Source: Nemertoderma westbladi (taxonomy: Eukaryota; Animalia; Xenacoelomorpha). From it: a DNA stretch of 33,036 nucleotides. The position numbers and the translations under genes were made by a program. Below are positions 1 through 11,355 of the stretch, piece by piece. The notes below the pieces were generated by a model. It ran no database searches. It was not told the DNA's origin and saw only the letters and a program-made list of their open reading frames with translations. The stretch is taken from contig JAUCBJ010008174.1 in the NCBI GenBank assembly GCA_032718475.1, positions 1 through 33,036 of the forward strand. The letters are read 5' to 3'. Position 1 is the first letter of the stretch, and each line of letters opens with the position of its first letter.

Positions 1-329
1 ATTATTATTACCGGTACTAGGCTAATTAGGCCTAAACTATAATCACCGCAAGGGTTTCCGGGGCCATGTTTAGATTACATGATATGGCATGTCTGCAGTG
101 TATGGTACCGGCTGACCTGTATTGCAGTATTGACTAATTGCAGAATTCTCGATTCAGGAATTGAGTACAGCTTGACAGTACCGGTACAAATGGTACATGC
201 AGATTGGCAGACAGCCCCTATGTTTTGCAAAATTTGTCAGAAAACCAGCTGATTTATCCTACAGTAATAATAATTTAACGCATGTTTATTTTGGATAAAT
301 AAATATATTATAACTACAATAACAGTTAC

Positions 330-550
330 ACTGATGCTGCACGAAGGCCCCACGCAAATTCTACTTGGAAAATTTTCAAACTTTTGCCAAACAACATGTG
401 TACCAAGTTTGGATAGATTTCATCAAGGATTGGCCGAGTTATTAACGTTTAAAATAAAATACTGAAAAAAAACGCGACAGAACGACAGAACGACAGGTTG
501 ATTAATGGTACCACTACGCTAAGGCTCTCTCACTTCGTGGCTCGCCCCAC
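330..550. mobile_element. Possible Helentron/HINE (DINE-1-like) non-autonomous fragment
   Basis: AACATGTGTACCAAGTTTGG motif, a short (CGACAGAA)n microsatellite at ~475-497 and an ACTTCGTGGCTCGCCC end. This layout resembles HINE-type elements; resemblance only. Confidence 0.25.
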
Positions 551-856
551 AGTATCTATGTTTATTTGTCGTAGCTGTATCTCCGCTTAAACGCCCCGGT
601 GGTTTGCTACAGGACTTTGTATGCTGATTTTTATGGGTATCGGCTAATATGGAATAGGAAAGTTACGCGTTAATTAATTAAATAATTATCGAGATAATTA
701 AGAATATGGAAGATCTTAACATGTTGAGCTCAATATCCATTGCTCTCGAACACACTTCAGCCAACTTTCATCCAGGAATCTGGTGATGGAGTTAGTGAGT
801 TTTGTGTCGATCCGGTTGGTTCACAGTCTTCACAGTCAAGTTGACTACGTCATCAA

Positions 857-3300
857 TTGGGTGATTGTCTAGGGAGTAGGCCTACTGGTAACTTTACTGT
901 TTTAAACATAAATGCCCAGTGTATTAGAAACAAACTTAATGAGTTTCGTGTCAGGGTTGCATTAATAAAACCGGATATAATTGGAGTGACTGAAACCTGG
1001 TTTGATAGTACTGTACAATATAGATGTGATAAGATACGATGGTGGTGGTGCTGCACTTTATATACGACAGTCTAATATGTTTTCAGTTGAAATAGTTAAC
1101 CCAGGCAATATCTGTTTTGATGATTTTATCTGTTTACGTATAAATCAGAATAATGGTCGTAATTTTACAGTTTGCTGTATTTACCGCTCTACAGCATCTT
1201 CACATGCTAATGACACAGCTTTGCATGTTTTAATTGACAAGTTACTTGTTAATTGTGGTTGTGAAATTTTGTTTACGGTGATTTTAATTTCCCTCATATA
1301 GATTGGGAAAATTTGTGTACATTACACGTTTTTGAAAACACAAGACTGGATAGAAACCATATTTTGAGTTCTAGATTAGACTTATTTTTTACTAAATCCA
1401 TTGATTCAATTTCTGATGTACGTGTACTCTGTCTTCTTGGGAAGTCTGACCATAGTGTGGTGCATGCGGTCTTGAATGTACACCGGGATATTAGTGAACC
1501 TACTCGGACGTACTTGAGATATGACAAGGGTGATTACGACAACTGGCGAACGTCCCTCCGTGACATTGACTGGGATGACCGTCTGGAAGGCAAGGACGCT
1601 GACCAGGCATGGACTGAACTCAAGACTGAATTGCTTAAGGGTACTAAACAATTCGTCCCCCGTAGATCTACAGTTAATGGATAGGATGAACCTTGGATGA
1701 CCAGTGCGACTATACATTGTATACGCAGAAAACAACTGCTTTTCCACCGCTGGCAACAACACCGCACCGATCGTAATTTCCAGCGATATGTATTATCTAG
1801 ACAGTCTACGGGACGCCACGTTCGTAATGCAAAAAATAATTTTGAAAGAAATGTTGCCGAGAAATGTAAACTAACCCTAAAGCTTTCTGGTCGTATGTAA
1901 ACTCCAAGAGGAAAACCAAATCAACTATTGGTCCCCTACGTACCAACAACAACGAAATAATTACGTCACCATATGGAATGTCAGAATTACTTAGTAAGAC
2001 ATATGCGTCCGTTTTTACCAAGCCTGACTCATCTGACCAACTGCATTCTGTTTCGTCCTTGCACACATACATTCCACCTACCACACAGATTGAACCCATT
2101 GTAAATGTAGACTTTTCTCTTGAACAGGTTCAGTATGAGCTGGATCACCTAAACGTAAACAAAGACCCTGGAGACGGTCTACATGGTAGAATATTGAAGG
2201 AACTGGCTAATGTTATTGCTGCTCCTTGTATGTCAATTTTTCAACTGTCGTTTGACTCTGGTGTTATTCCTTCAGATTGTCGAGAAGCAATAGTATCCCC
2301 GATCTTGAAGAGACAACCAAAACGTGTGCCAGATAATTATCGTCCTGTTTTCCTAACATGTATATTAGCGAAAGTGTGTGAGAAATTCATCCGGAATGCT
2401 CTAGTGAGTCACTTCGAGGATCACCAACTCTTTTCAGATGCTCAACATGGTGCACGTTCCCACAGATCTGTAGTAACACAGCTTCTGGAAGTGTTTGAAG
2501 ACCTATCTGATTACATTGACGATCCTGATTTCCAGGGTGCAGATATTGCATACCTAGACCTACGCAGAGCTTTTGACACAGTTTTCCACCCTCTACTGTT
2601 TCAGAAACTTCATGAGTATGGCGTACAAGGCCACTTAGCGCAGTGGATACAAGGTTTCCTGACAGATCGGTCCCAGTGTGTCAGGGTAGATGGTGTTCTC
2701 AGTACTCCTATAGCTGTTACCAGTGGTGTGCCCCAAGGAACTGTCACTGCAGCCTTTCTCTTTCTTGCTTTCGTCAATGATGTGCCTTCCATTGTTTCAT
2801 CCCTGTGCAAGATTTTCGTTGATGATACTAAACTCTACAGGGACATACTATGACGCAACTGACATACAGGCCCTACTAGACTAGTTGAATGGCGTAACCG
2901 CTGGAAATTGCAGTTCAATGATTCCAAGTGCAAGGTGATGCATCTACAGTAGGTTCTAGAAATCCCAAAGTTGCTTATGCAATGAATGGACAGTCACTTT
3001 CAACAACAGTAACCGAGAAACGTGATTTGGGTATAACATTCACATCAGACATGTCCTTCACAACTCACTGCTCACAGACAGCAGCCCGCGCCATGCGATT
3101 CGTCCATCTAATACGTGAACTTTTACCTTTTTAGAAACTCCAATGTTCACCCTGTTGAACAAATCCCATTTACGGCCTCTTCTCGAAAATGGTACAGTAG
3201 TCTGGTCACCGTACCTTCAGCATGATATTGACACCCTTGAACAAGTGCAACACCGTGCCACTTGCCTTGTCCCTTCTCTGACTGACCTGACATATGAAAA
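857..3300 (+). mobile_element. Decayed CR1-clade LINE ORF2 (APE endonuclease + reverse transcriptase), 3'-truncated
   Basis: APE motifs across frames: NAQCIRNK, PDIIGVTETWF, GGGAALYI, CIYRS, LDLFFT, SDHSVV. RT motifs: NYRPVFLT, QHGARSHRS, YLDLRRAFDTV, SGVPQG, FVDDTKLY, W.LQFNDSKCKVMH, RDLG, RPLLE..VVWSPY..DI..LEQVQHRAT. Many frameshifts and stops. Confidence 0.9.
1978..2853 (+). pseudogene. Largest open fragment of the CR1 reverse transcriptase domain
   Basis: 291-aa ORF running from the RT N-terminal blocks to FVDDTKLY, then frameshifted. Confidence 0.85.
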
Positions 3301-3840
3301 CTTTGGGGTGGTAGCTACCCCAAAATAATTTTTCATTACAATTGATTTTATTATGTACGTACTGTAAACTTCCCATTTTACATTCACTTTATAAATACTG
3401 TAGGCCTAAATACTATTCGTATATTTTTAATTATTACAATGTGATATTTTTATCTTCATATACGCTGATTAGCGTACTTTTACCAGTGTAGGCTATGCAG
3501 TATCTCTAAATTTAAAAGGTGCAATCATGAACTTATTGTTACTCTGGCGTCATTAATAACATAACATAACTATTTGACGTCGGTGTGCGCTATTACAGTA
3601 TTAAAGGTCAATAAGACTATATGAGCAATGAACTTGATTGCTTTTCAATATTATCCATAAAATCAACGAGAATTTGTCATTGATTGCTTATTAGTTGTAA
3701 CCCGGAATCAATGTGTGTGTAATATAATACAGTTTGTCAGAATGACTCAAATTTATTTATTTTGGAAATATTATTTTACGAGGTACCGGTACTACTTGGC
3801 TGTAAATACTGTAGGAACAATTTAAGAAATTATAACAAAT

Positions 3841-4234
3841 TATATTTATTTATTTATCAAGCCCGTTAACTAAAAAATCTTACGATAGGTGTGTTAGTAC
3901 CAAAATTATGCAAAAAACTAAAAAGCAACAAGACCTAGACGTTGCATGCAATCAGTGATCAGCTTACAGCAGCCAGCTGATCGGCAGGCCAGTCTTGCAA
4001 AAGCTTGAAATGTATTACATTCAAAAACGTAATCTCTACAATTCCTGGCTTGGCCTCCTGAGAATGCCTTCAGCTGCGGGGCGAAACCTACCGATCAGCT
4101 GGCTGCCGTCAGCTGATCACTGATTGCATGCAACGTCTAGGTCTTGTTGCTTCTTAGTTTTTTACATAACTTTGGTACTAACACACCTACCGTAAGGGTT
4201 TTTACTTAATGTGCTTGATAAATAAATAAATATA
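3841..4234. mobile_element. Foldback/MITE-like element with ~150-bp imperfect terminal inverted repeats
   Basis: 3841-3988 (TATATTTATTTATTTATCAAGC...GCTGATCGGCAGG) is the reverse complement of 4087-4234, with a ~100-bp spacer and no coding capacity. Confidence 0.8.
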
Positions 4235-4765
4235 AATTATAATTATTGGTTAATCAAGGATCTACTTCAATTTAAGAAATGTCCCGACTGGAGACCGCGA
4301 GAATTATAGTTATTTAATGTCAATCATCTATTGGGCACTGCGTGCGAAATTCTGCATTTACATTATATGTGGTCTGACTCAAACTTGGAGGGAAGGTAAC
4401 TTGGAATTTCCTAGCTTGAAAAATTGTCCTTTTTATAATTTTATTGTGAATATAATAGTAGTCAGAGCGTCTACTGGACTACAACATACCGGAAGTAAAT
4501 TATCTTTGGTAGCGCTTAGTTTGGTATAATTACAGTAATTATCCAACAATGCCTATAATTACAGTATGTTTTTAAATTGTTTTAACTTGTTGATGTTATT
4601 ATAATGCTGTTTTTAAAGTTTTTTTTACCTCAGGCCAACTAATATGTGTACTAATACCGGTGGATCAAACTATTAATTATTTGAATTTAGAACTGTGCGA
4701 GCGCATAGATCTACTAATATCGGCATGCTGCATTGTCGCTGCATTATATATATATTACATATATA

Positions 4766-5340
4766 TTAAGATTGCTGTGCCGGCTTGTCAACAAAATTGA
4801 GCCGCCACAACTCCATATCACCCATGACATTTTCTAGATCATCCGCATTTTCAAGGCCAGTGTCCTTTAAGATGCGCATCAAGAGAGTCATGGGCTGTCC
4901 ACCATGCTTATACGCTCCATAAGGGCGCCAAAGCACACGATTATGCACTGGCTAGTCCTCACGGCGAAAGCAAAGTCCTGCAAAGCGGAGGCGGTTCCGT
5001 TCAGGTGTGAAGCTAGGGGAGGTTAATTGAACACCTCCAATGTTATAGTGTCTGGTTGGAGATGTGTTCATTGTACTTGACACAATGAACCCGGCGCAGC
5101 ATTCTTGTGAAAGTGCCATCCAGTGATTTGGAGCCCTCTGCAGTTAGAGCCCACATGGACTCCCATAAGAGTACTGGTACTACTGCTGCCATAAATATTC
5201 AAACCTTAAGGTTCTGTTTTATTCTATGGGACTTCCAAATCCTGGGCAGACTATTTAACGCCTTCCCCTTACGTATCCGAAGGTCTTCACCTGACTTTCG
5301 GATCCATGGTCCCAAGTAGCAGAAGTCATCCACGTATTGA
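4766..5340 (-). mobile_element. RTE-type LINE 3' fragment (degenerate)
   Basis: Translates as VDDFCYLG..RIRKGKA..IWKS..LDGTFTRMLRR and VLWRP..DTGL..M.D..LWR, typical of the post-RT region of RTE ORF2. Confidence 0.7.
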
Positions 5341-5844
5341 ACCAAACCAAGCCTTCCCTCCTGGAGCTTATGAAGTGGATTATGAAATATAAAGATAATT
5401 ATGGGGAAATAAATTAGTGTGATTATTTACTGTGGTGTTGGATACGATTGGAATTTTGGTATCTTTGTCCCGAAGAGTTTTAACTTGCGAGGGTCGATAG
5501 GTTGAGAATATTAGATGGTTTGTTGACAATAGAAGCAATAGATCATTGACTCGCGAACCTCGCGATTTTCTTTCAATTATATAATATTTCTATAAAATTT
5601 TCTAGAACTAAAATATTTCTTCTAGAACATTATTTAAATTAATTGTTAATTTCGTACACGTTAGATACAAAAAACAGTAGTAAATAACAGTACAGCGTAC
5701 ATACAAAGTTACATAATTAAGCACAAATAAAGTAGGGTGGGTAAGTAGATGAACTGTTACAATAATGATAATGTTAATGTTAACCGCCACATTTACTGAG
5801 ATACAATATGACTCAATCAGTTTACTAATTCGTAAATCACGCTA

Positions 5845-7267
5845 CTATTCTGTACATATATAATGCAAAATATTTTCCAATTCATCCTGCTCAAAACCTG
5901 GTACTTCCAAGGTATATCTACAATCAACTAATTCCCTGCACATATTTATGTAAGACGAATTATCTCCGAACCATTTAAAATTATAACATTCCTTTACATT
6001 TGGAAATCTGGCTACCGGGGAATTAACAATAGATGTTGATATATAATTTAGATTTGCACCGCTCACTGACCTACAATCAAAAATATTAAGATTACCTAAA
6101 AATTGTATAGATTGTTTTGGGCTATTTAGAATAGATTTAGTAATAAACTGACAAACCTACCAAAAATCATTGACTTTGGGTATGGGAAATCTACTAAACC
6201 CTCCACAAAGAATCTATGAGTATTGTAAGGCAACCCCCAAACTGATCTAACATTAATATTCCATGAATTAAGTATTTTCAAAAAATTATGTGACGAAAAA
6301 TCCCATAGTGAACTACCATAAAAACTAGTTGCATAAATTCTTTGCAAATTACATAAACAAGACGGATGTGAGAAGCTAAATTCTTGCTTAAGACATTTAA
6401 GTTTTCCAATAAATTTACCGCGCTTTAATTGCATGTCGAAATTGAAACTACCTGAATAGTGCAGAGTGTTGCCTAAATATGTCGCTTGCTTAACCCATGG
6501 TAATGTAACTTCATTTACTGTAACGTTTGTAGATGGTTTAGACCAAGAACGATTAAAGGGTATACATTTCGATTTACTTATATCTGGATTAGTATTGGTG
6601 CTAAATACCATATTAAAATCCTTCGAAAATAATTCGCAATCCTTGAGCATATGCTGCAAACCATGAACTGATGGACACAGCAGAAGTATGTCGTCGGCAT
6701 ATACAAATATACCGAAAAAGCGAGACCCAATGTGACAACCAACTCGAGATTTTCTGAGACGGACGATTAACGTGTTAATAACAATACAGAATAAAAATGG
6801 GCTCGCCACCGAACCCTGCCTACAGCCGTTAGTGATGGAAAATTTGCGCGAGTTAGCGGAACCCCACTTGACATTACAACATTGTTCCCTGTATGTGAAC
6901 ATTAATAACCTTAAAAATAAAGGCGAGAACCCCTTCTTTAGAAGCTCCATAAACAACTTAACCCATTCAACCAGGTCAAAGGCCCGACTCAAATCTAAAA
7001 GGCAACCAAATACTGGCGTATTGAACCGTCTGTAGAACCCGAGAACTTCGGAGACCGCCCATGTGCAACTTGTCGTACTAGACTGCTTCTGAAACCCAAA
7101 TTGTAAATCATCTACGGCCAAGCAATGACCTTGGGAGATTAGCATCACCCATTCTAGAACTTTGAGCACTAAGGATGCGATTGCAATAGCTCTGTAATTG
7201 CTGGAGGTTGAAATATCACCGAGTTTGTCCTTTATGAGCGGAACAAGAGAAGCTGATAATAGGAACT
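5845..7267 (-). pseudogene. 5'-truncated non-LTR retrotransposon RT (RTEX/Proto2-like; clade uncertain)
   Basis: LVPLIKDK..NYRAIAIAS, LQFGFQ, LLDLSRAFDLV, NGCRQGSVASPFLF, GCHIG, YADDILLL. A 1-nt deletion at ~6150 splits it into ORFs 6126-7169 and 5845-6066. Confidence 0.85.
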
Positions 7268-7312
7268 AAAAGGATAAAAGGATAATAATAGGATTTTTCG
7301 TCACATAATTTT

Positions 7313-7750
7313 TTGAAAATACTTAATTCATGGAATATTAATGTTAGATCAGTTTGGGGGTTGCCTTACAATACTCATAGATTCTTTGTGGAGGGTTTAG
7401 TAGATTTCCCATACCCAAAGTCAATGATTTTTGGTAGGTTTGTACAGTTTATTACTAAATCTATTCTAAATAGCCCAAAACAATCTATACAATTTTTAGG
7501 TAATCTTAATATTTTTGATTGTAGGTCAGTGAGCGGTGCAAATCTAAATTATATATCAACATCTATTGTTAATTCCCCGGTAGCCAGATTTCCAAATGTA
7601 AAGGAATGTTATAATTTTAAATGGTTCGGAGATAATTCGTCTTACATAAATATGTGCAGGGAATTAGTTGATTGTAGATATACCTTGGAAGTACCAGGTT
7701 TTGAGCAGGATGAATTGGAAAATATTTTGCATTATATATGTACAGAATAG
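7313..7750 (+). pseudogene. Duplicated C-terminal part of the 5845-7267 LINE ORF2, here without the frameshift
   Basis: 145-aa ORF joining the end of ORF 6126-7169 to ORF 5845-6066. Confidence 0.85.
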
Positions 7751-8256
7751 TAGCGTGATTTACGAATTAGTAAACTGATTGAGTCATATTGTATCTCAGT
7801 AAATGTGGCGGTTAACATTAACATTATCATTATTGTAACAGTTCATCTACTACTACCCACCCTACTTTATTTGTGCTTAATTATGTAACTTTGTATGTAC
7901 GCTGTACTGTTATTTACTACTGTTTTTTGTATCTAACGTGTACGAAATTAACAATTAATTTAAATAATGTTCTAGAAGAAATATTTTAGTTCTAGAAAAT
8001 TTTATAGAAATATTATATAATTGAAAGAAAATCGCGAGGTTCGCGAGTCAATGATCTATTGCTTCTATTGTCAACAAACCATCTAATATTCTCAACCTAT
8101 CGACCCTCGCAAGTTAAAACTCTTCGGGACAAAGATACCAAAATTCCAATCGTATCCAACACCACAGTAAATAATCACACTAATTTATTTCCCCATAATT
8201 ATCTTTATATTTCATAATCCACTTCATAAGCTCCAGGAGGGAAGGCTTGGTTTGGT

Positions 8257-8831
8257 TCAATACGTGGATGACTTCTGCTACTTGGGACCATGGATCCGAA
8301 AGTCAGGTGAAGACCTTCGGATACGTAAGGGGAAGGCGTTAAATAGTCTGCCCAGGATTTGGAAGTCCCATAGAATAAAACAGAACCTTAAGGTTTGAAT
8401 ATTTATGGCAGCAGTAGTACCAGTACTCTTATGGGAGTCCATGTGGGCTCTAACTGCAGAGGGCTCCAAATCACTGGATGGCACTTTCACAAGAATGCTG
8501 CGCCGGGTTCATTGTGTCAAGTACAATGAACACATCTCCAACCAGACACTATAACATTGGAGGTGTTCAATTAACCTCCCCTAGCTTCACACCTGAACGG
8601 AACCGCCTCCGCTTTGCAGGACTTTGCTTTCGCCGTGAGGACTAGCCAGTGCATAATCGTGTGCTTTGGCGCCCTTATGGAGCGTATAAGCATGGTGGAC
8701 AGCCCATGACTCTCTTGATGCGCATCTTAAAGGACACTGGCCTTGAAAATGCGGATGATCTAGAAAATGTCATGGGTGATATGGAGTTGTGGCGGCTCAA
8801 TTTTGTTGACAAGCCGGCACAGCAATCTTAA
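8257..8831 (+). mobile_element. RTE-type LINE 3' fragment (inverted copy of 4766-5340)
   Basis: Mirror copy with an identical 60-aa ORF. Confidence 0.7.
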
Positions 8832-8917
8832 TATATATGTAATATTTATATAATGCAGCGACAATGCAGCATGCCGATATTAGTAGATCTATGCGCTCGC
8901 ACAGTTCTAAATTCAAA

Positions 8918-8922
8918 TAATT
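8918..8922. repeat. Target-site duplication TAATT (left copy)
   Basis: TAATT flanks both ends (8918-8922 and 21925-21929). The paralogous empty site at 4675-4679 has a single copy. Confidence 0.95.
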
Positions 8923-9457
8923 TGTGACGGGATCCACGGAGGATCCCGGTTTATCCGGTTTTCAATCTACGCGTCCCCGCCGTGTGTGTGAAAGGTAAAG
9001 AGTTATTGATCGCTGTATATAGTTCTCCGGGTATAATAGTATAAGATATAATATTGGATACACAAATGGAATGTGAAGACAGAGACGGAGACGGAGACGA
9101 TAATTGAAGTTCCGGTACTACCCTAGCTAAACTGACTTACTATAAGTGAATGAAATGATTACTGTACTGATAATATATATTGCACAGTTGGCCGTGTTAC
9201 ATTACTCAACCGATGCCTTCCCCCCATTGGCTAATAACCCTGTTGTCGCCCTTTGCCTCCCCTGGAGGGTTTCCCTTCACTCTTGTTACTCTCTCTCTCT
9301 CTCAGGGGTGTAACCCCTGACCCTTATTGTGTGTGTGTGTGCTTTCTCCTTCCCACTTTGTTGGGGTGACACGAGGTTGATTGCTCACCCTCGTGTTCCC
9401 CAATATTGCTTAACGGCTTACTTTATGGGGTGGTTAGCGGAATTGAATAAGCTAACA
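8923..9457 (-). repeat. 3' LTR (535 bp)
   Basis: Direct repeat of 21401-21924. Minus strand reads TGTTAGC...GTCACA and is preceded by the PPT. Confidence 0.97.
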
Positions 9458-9466
9458 CTCCCCCCC
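9458..9466 (-). other. Polypurine tract
   Basis: GGGGGGGAG immediately upstream of the 3' LTR on the minus strand. Confidence 0.85.
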
Positions 9467-10013
9467 ATGCTATCTTCCTGGTGAGAAGATAGCATCCACC
9501 TCTAGTGCGCTACAATTCCGCTGGATCCCGATCTAGTATCGGGTGTGGGGTGGAACTATTTTCTTTCGGAGCCGGCTTTCCAGGCCACTCCCTATGGGTA
9601 TGATAATGCTACCCCGTTTGCCTGGCGTCCCGTGTTGGGCCGATCGTGCGCTCCTCCCACACGACTTTTGTTTCCCCAACACTTTCGCCACTCCAACTCT
9701 ACTCTGTTCACACCCTGACCCTCCTCTACTTTTCCTCACCTCGGCTCTAACTCTCGGGCTTCCCTGTCCCTCACTCAGCCTCTTATTCCTCCCCCCCCCC
9801 ACACTTGAATTGCGCTCGCACTCTCTCTACACTCCGCACTCTCTCCGCACTACAACTCAACCTCTAACTCGACCACTCACTCCCGACGAGTTTCACCCCC
9901 CCCCCCCTTTGTACCGTCGCACTCAAGAAGCGTGATGTCGTCCAATGTCTCGTCCGTGGTAGTATTATAGTCCATTGGTCCCCAGTCCCTTCCAGGCATG
10001 TTACACCGAAGTC

Positions 10014-11345
10014 TTAGTTCGTTCCACCAGCCTTTGGGAACCACCTCAAGTCTTTCCCTTTGTCGTCCTCCTCCCTGGGTCGTTTCCTGGTCACTGCCGC
10101 TCCTCTGGTCTTGTCTGCTTTCTGGCTTCGGACTCTCGCCGCCACCTCCTTACTGATCCCGGTCGTTGACTCCTTGGGTGCCGGCGTTATTAGCTCCCGG
10201 TATCGCTTCGCGGGTGGCCCCTCCGAGTGGCCCTGTTGTCTCCCCCTGGTGGCGTCCCATAGGATCATCTTCATTGCCCGCGGCACATGCTCCGCCAAGA
10301 AATCCCTAAACTCTCCTCTACTCTGTGGCGTCCACCTATCCAAATACCTCTGCGTATTTATCACTCCGGCATATGATGCCGCCGTCGCCACTTCCTGGTA
10401 GGTAAACGGAAGCCTCCGTTTGATAATCTCCATGTGAGCCTCCTGATTGATGTTAAAGAAGCCCCACTGGAACTCCTGGGCCTTCATACGTTGCCGAGTC
10501 ATCGCCCCGATGTCGGCCCACTCCTCGAAGATCCTAAACTTCTCTTCGTCGTCCATCCAGTCGCACTGGCGTCCGTAATGTCCCCGAAAGTTACACTTCA
10601 AACATCGGTTATGCAACCGTGGACACGCCCCCATCCTGTGGCTCGACTCGCGGCAATAGAGACAACTAGTCCCTTTCTGGAACCGGTACAAACAGCTCCT
10701 TTCCTGGTGGGTCTGTCTCCCACAGTAGTCGCAGCCGAGTACCAATGTCTCCCGCCCCACGTCGTCTTTCGTCCCAAGCGATCTCCGCGGTCTGTGGAGT
10801 CGCTGGTAGGCGAACTTCCGGACGTTAGTGTCCCTATCTACGTCGATCTCCTCGCCCCTCTCGGGCATCGTCTCCCCGAATACTACCCGTGGTGTCGTCC
10901 CCGGTTGCTCGCCCAACCTGATAGTGCTCCCCGCGAAATCCATCGCCGGCTCCTCGTGCACCCAGGCCCGCTTGCCGGGTCTATCCCAGAAGGCCCTCGC
11001 CCCACTGGCCGTCACCACCCTCCCGCCAACCCAGTCCGTGTCCGAGTGGCCGATCCTCCCGATGGGCGGCATCTCTCCGAACTCGTCGTCGTCTTCGTCC
11101 TCCTCTGGCAGTGGCTCCAACCCCGGTATCCCGGTGGACCCACTATGTCCCTTCCCGCCTTGGCTCTCGCCCGTGGCTCTCCATCCCTCTAGCTCCCCTA
11201 GCCTCCTTAGCGGCTGGGCTGGTCGCCCTCGGCGCCCGCTGGTATGGGCGTCGCTTGCAATCCCGACGTTGACTGTTTCAGTAATCCCACCGTCCATCCC
11301 AGTTCTCGCCCTAGAGACTCCCCCGAACTCCCTGACGAAGTCCAA
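10014..11345 (-). CDS. Extra ORF (ORF3), main part: protein with three CX2CX4HX4C zinc knuckles
   Basis: 443-aa frame with CDYCGRQTHQERSC, CLYCRESSHRMGAC and CLKCNFRGHYGRQC (10563-10733), and an acidic patch EEDEDDDE. No signal peptide or TM segment evident. May continue in another frame to ~9880. Confidence 0.75.
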   Translation of the reverse strand: MDFVREFGGVSRARTGMDGGITETVNVGIASDAHTSGRRGRPAQPLRRLGELEGWRATGESQGGKGHSGSTGIPGLEPLPEEDEDDDEFGEMPPIGRIGHSDTDWVGGRVVTASGARAFWDRPGKRAWVHEEPAMDFAGSTIRLGEQPGTTPRVVFGETMPERGEEIDVDRDTNVRKFAYQRLHRPRRSLGTKDDVGRETLVLGCDYCGRQTHQERSCLYRFQKGTSCLYCRESSHRMGACPRLHNRCLKCNFRGHYGRQCDWMDDEEKFRIFEEWADIGAMTRQRMKAQEFQWGFFNINQEAHMEIIKRRLPFTYQEVATAASYAGVINTQRYLDRWTPQSRGEFRDFLAEHVPRAMKMILWDATRGRQQGHSEGPPAKRYRELITPAPKESTTGISKEVAARVRSQKADKTRGAAVTRKRPREEDDKGKDLRWFPKAGGTN

Positions 11346-11355
11346 CGAAGTTCGT

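Larger units (their letters stand above)
2681..6303 (+). repeat. Left arm of a large inverted duplication
   Basis: Reverse complement matches 7291-8922 plus 21925-23874. Identical mirrored ORFs, e.g. 4766-4948(-)/8649-8831(+) and 5107-5319(+)/8278-8490(-). Confidence 0.95.
7291..8922 (-). repeat. Right arm, inner part of the inverted duplication
   Basis: Near-identical reverse complement of ~4675-6303. Confidence 0.95.

Noticed and set aside
4317-5319. Small duplicated ORFs as host genes
   Set aside because: They recur only because of the inverted duplication and are non-coding or LINE-derived
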